NCBI GenBank assembly: GCA_030704615.1
Contig: JAKLZA010000133.1
Coordinates: forward strand, 1-11,000
DNA: 11,000 nt
Direction of reading: 5' to 3'
Source: Takakia lepidozioides
Lineage: Eukaryota > Plantae > Bryophyta
Shown: one piece after another, positions 8,204 through 11,000 of the stretch
How the letters are laid out: every line of letters starts with the position of its first letter
Numbering within the stretch: position 1 is the stretch's first letter
Notes under the pieces: generated by a model
The model's database searches: none
Seen by the model: the letters and a program-made list of their open reading frames with translations, nothing else
What the model was told of the DNA's origin: nothing
Translations under genes and position numbers: made by a program

Positions 8204-9660
8204 GTGGTGCAGAGAGATATACATGAGGATTCGGCTGTGTTGGACTACCTCCGCACGGGAGACACGGCAGCCATTGTGACTGCCAGGGAGAGGGATCGGA
8301 TCCTGCAACGAGCCAAGAGGTTCAAGTGGGAGGGGATACACCTACTTCGAGTGTGGGAGGATGGTCGGGTGAGGATTGTGCCTCACCCCACACAGCGTGC
8401 ACGGTTAGTGCGGCATGCCCATGAGGAGTTGGGGCATTTTGGAGTGCGACGCACTCACAGTTTACTGCAGGGGCAGTATTGGTGGCGTGGTATGCATACA
8501 GAGGTGCAACAGTTTGTGGCTAGGTGCATGGTGTGTGACAGGGTGCGTGCTTCATTCAACGCCCCTACACCACAGTTGCATCCTTTACCTATCATGGGAT
8601 TGGGCTACAGGTGGAGTCTTGACTTCGCAGGACCGTTGCCACTGACTATGCGCCACCACAGATATGTGTTGGTGATGGTGGAGCACTTCTCCAAGTGGAT
8701 TGAGTTGGTTCCATTGCCTGACAAGGCTAGTGAGGGGGCTGCGTATGCATTCTTGGATCGTGTGCTTAGCCGATTTGGTGCTCCAGCTGAGGTACTCACG
8801 GACCAAGGGAGAGAGTTCTTGGGGGAGTTTCAGGCTTTGTGTGATAAAGCCTTGATAGACCACCGCACCACTTCTCGGGATCATCCTGAGGCCGATGGCT
8901 TAGCAGAGAGAGTTGTTCAGACGGTGAAGAGGGGTTTGCGCAAGTATGGCTTGCAGAAGGGACACCTAGGAGATTGGGATCTTCAGGTTCCTTGGTTAGC
9001 CATGGGCTACAGGTTCAGCAAACAAGCATCACTTGCCTCCTTCTCACCATATTTCTTCTCTTTGGCCGAGAGCCGGATTTGCCTGCAGCCATTCGTAGGG
9101 ACACTGCTCAAGTCCTTAACCTTGACGATCCGGACGTGTGGGTACGTGCATGTGATCAGCGTGCAGAGTTGTTCAAGAAAGTCATGCCCATGGCTTTTGA
9201 GAACCTTGCCATTGCACAGCACCGTGATACGTTGAGGTATGCCACTATACGTGGTGGAGGATATCGTCCTGGGGTTCGGAGGTTTAGCCCTGGTGACTAT
9301 GTTTATTTGCAGCAGACTGCTCCTACGACTCTGGATGTTACTGCAGGGCGTGTTATTCTGAGGGTTCGAGAGGTGTTGCCCTCAGGGGTCCTGATCTTAG
9401 AGGGTCGGGATGGCATGACTTGGAAAGACCATGTGCGTAATTGTGCGCCATGTCACCTTCCCAATGTCGATGGCAGAGTTGACCCAAACTTGGCAGTGGT
9501 ACCTGCAGGTTTGAGGTGCATGCTCTGTGGGTCTGCCAAAGGGGCAGCCACCATGCTGGTGTGTGATCGGTGCTCAAAGGGTTGGCATATGGGATGCTTG
9601 ACACCACCTCTTGAGAAGGTTCCTGACGGAGATTGGTTGTGTCCACACTGCTTGGGATAG
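8204..9660 (+). CDS. pol: Integrase (HHCC, DDE core, C-terminal domain) fused to a PHD finger; frameshift at ~9052-9055
   Basis: HEELGHFG...CMVC zinc-binding motif; SLDFAG, LTDQG and DGLAER catalytic D-D-E; SPYF/LLFGREP across the frameshift; FSPGDYVYL; stop TAG at 9658-9660. Confidence 0.93.
9517..9651 (+). other. PHD finger (C4HC3) at the integrase C-terminus
   Basis: CMLC-x11-CDRC-x4-H-x2-C-LTPPLEKVPDGDWL-CPHC; all eight ligands and the conserved W before the last Cys pair are present. Confidence 0.93.
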
Positions 9661-9909
9661 TGGCAGTGGACATGACTGGAGGCAGCTAACAAGACATGGG
9701 AGGCCAAGCTCATAGGAGTCAATACATGAGATCCCAAGCTCAAGTTCACAGGTTGCAAGACGGCGACTAACGATGGGGCAACTCTTGCACCCGGCCTCTT
9801 GATCTATCGAGTTTGAGTGTAGTAGGGATAGTGGTGGAGGACTTAGTGAGGCTATGGTCACTATCACATCTTGTGGCTACCTGGACTTAGAGGGACCTAA
9901 GCACCAGCT

Positions 9910-9916
9910 AGGGGGG
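9910..9916 (+). promoter_or_regulatory. Polypurine tract (plus-strand primer)
   Basis: AGGGGGG located 4 nt upstream of the TG that begins the LTR. Confidence 0.7.
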
Positions 9917-9920
9917 CGAT

Positions 9921-10108
9921 TGTGTGGACTAGTGACTGCCATAGTGGGCAGCATAGTGGCAGCCTAGTGACTGACTAGTTGTAGCCTAGTGGTTGGACTA
10001 GTGGCTGGACTAGTGGTAGACTAGTGGTATACTAGTGTGTGGTGTGCACATGTGTTGTGTGGTTTTGGACAGCGATGTAGTTGTGTAGCGATATGTATGC
10101 GCACGACA
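9921..10108 (+). repeat. LTR block A, copy 1 (188 bp)
   Basis: Identical to 10441-10627 except for one G (TGTGTGGACT vs TGTGTGACT). Confidence 0.97.
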
Positions 10109-10440
10109 GCTGTCAAGTTATTTTACCACTAGTGTGAAACTAGCTAGGAAATAGCTAGCTAGCTTTTACATATTGACATTTGGGATTGGCCCAAGTGTCA
10201 ATCCAGGGGTCAAGGCAGATTTAGGCCCTGGAGTGGTTATCTTCACGGCAAGCGCGGGAGGCTCATCTTTCTCGAGTTGAGCCTCACCGCGCCTAGCTAT
10301 GGCGCCGTAGTGTGGATTCCCCATGGCGTGGGGTGCACTTGGCTTGACTTGTATTTGAGTGATGAGGTTATATATGCATGAGTTTATGCTTCAGCTTTGT
10401 GAGCTCGCATGAGCTTGTGCTTGTATTCTTTTATTATCAT

Positions 10441-10627
10441 TGTGTGACTAGTGACTGCCATAGTGGGCAGCATAGTGGCAGCCTAGTGACTGACTAGTTG
10501 TAGCCTAGTGGTTGGACTAGTGGCTGGACTAGTGGTAGACTAGTGGTATACTAGTGTGTGGTGTGCACATGTGTTGTGTGGTTTTGGACAGCGATGTAGT
10601 TGTGTAGCGATATGTATGCGCACGACA
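10441..10627 (+). repeat. LTR block A, copy 2 (187 bp)
   Basis: Direct repeat of 9921-10108. Confidence 0.97.
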
Positions 10628-10628
10628 T

Positions 10629-11000
10629 ACGGATGGCTCCCTCACCAACCATAAAGCAGGGTATGGCATTTACCACGCTGGCAACAGGCAGGGAGTTGCC
10701 TTCCGGCTCCCGGGCCCTGCCACCATTTTCAGAGCAGAACTTATGGCCATCCATGACGCTCTCTCCTTGCTTGGTGCCTTCCCCCCTCCACACTATATCT
10801 TTACTGACAGCCTCACCTCCCTATATCTGATCCGAAACCACGTCTCCCGCCCATCTTCCCACCATCATCACCCTGATCGTAACCTTATTGTTGCCAGTGT
10901 TCACAAAGCCACCTCTATCACCCACCCAGTCCACTTCCTCAAAGTCCGCTCACACACTGGTATCCATGGGAATGATGAAGCCGATCTCCTCGTTCAACTC
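10629..11000 (+). pseudogene. RNase HI domain of a probable non-LTR (LINE-like) retroelement, interrupted by the Gypsy insertion; runs off the window
   Basis: My translation of an open frame absent from the ORF track: TDGSLTNHKAGYGIY...TIFRAELMAI...YIFTDSLTSL...HFLKVRSHTGIHGNDEADLL, which contains the D-E-D-D catalytic set and the His loop. The LINE assignment (rather than a host RNase H1) is inference. Confidence 0.85.

Larger units (their letters stand above)
1..10627 (+). mobile_element. Ty3/Gypsy LTR retrotransposon carrying a C5-DNA methyltransferase and an integrase-fused PHD finger; 5' LTR lies outside the window
   Basis: Gag-PR-DNMT-RT-RNaseH-IN order (IN after RNase H = Ty3/Gypsy), PPT at 9910-9916, TG...CA LTR at 9921-10627. 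2345-10627 is well supported. Including 1-2344 as a 5' leader is inference, based on the similar G/T-rich + strand and the absence of an intervening LTR copy. Confidence 0.93.
9921..10627 (+). repeat. 3' LTR (707 bp, TGT...ACA) with A-B-A internal organisation
   Basis: Starts TGT just after the PPT and ends ACA exactly where unrelated C-rich RNase H coding sequence begins. TATATAT at 10369-10375. The partner 5' LTR is not visible, so the boundaries are unconfirmed. Confidence 0.78.

Noticed and set aside
2343-9867. Short alternative-frame and antisense ORFs overlapping gag-pol
   Set aside because: Shadow ORFs of GC-rich coding sequence with no domain motifs.
10110-10440. Hammerhead ribozyme (retrozyme-like LTR)
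   Set aside because: No CTGANGA...GAAA core in the required arrangement; only GTGATGA is seen.
9921-10627. Independent TRIM-like mini-element with 188-bp LTRs
   Set aside because: No tRNA PBS (TGG...) after A1 and no PPT before A2. The Gypsy PPT directly precedes A1, so a single composite LTR is the simpler reading.
10551-10830. ORFs 10551-10793 (-) and 10600-10830 (+)
   Set aside because: They span the LTR/target junction in the wrong frame; the real coding frame is the RNase H starting at 10629.

Overview
The window is dominated by a eukaryotic Ty3/Gypsy LTR retrotransposon on the + strand. Its 5' LTR and PBS are not in the window. Reconstructed order: long putative 5' leader with a ~1.2-kb GGGCTGTGAC minisatellite, Gag (two zinc knuckles, RGG-rich tract), aspartic protease, a complete non-permuted DNMT3-like C5-cytosine DNA methyltransferase domain, an in-frame UAG in a CAR-YYA readthrough-type context, RT, RNase H, integrase, a C-terminal PHD finger (stop at 9660), PPT, then a 707-bp 3' LTR with an unusual A-B-A structure (9921-10627). 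The element is inserted into the RNase H domain of what looks like a non-LTR (LINE-like) retroelement (10629 to the window end). Most frameshifts are small deletions in short G/T runs, so the copy may be near-intact with assembly errors. The main point of interest is a retrotransposon that encodes both an epigenetic writer (DNMT) and a histone reader (PHD). A non-angiosperm green-lineage host is an inference only.
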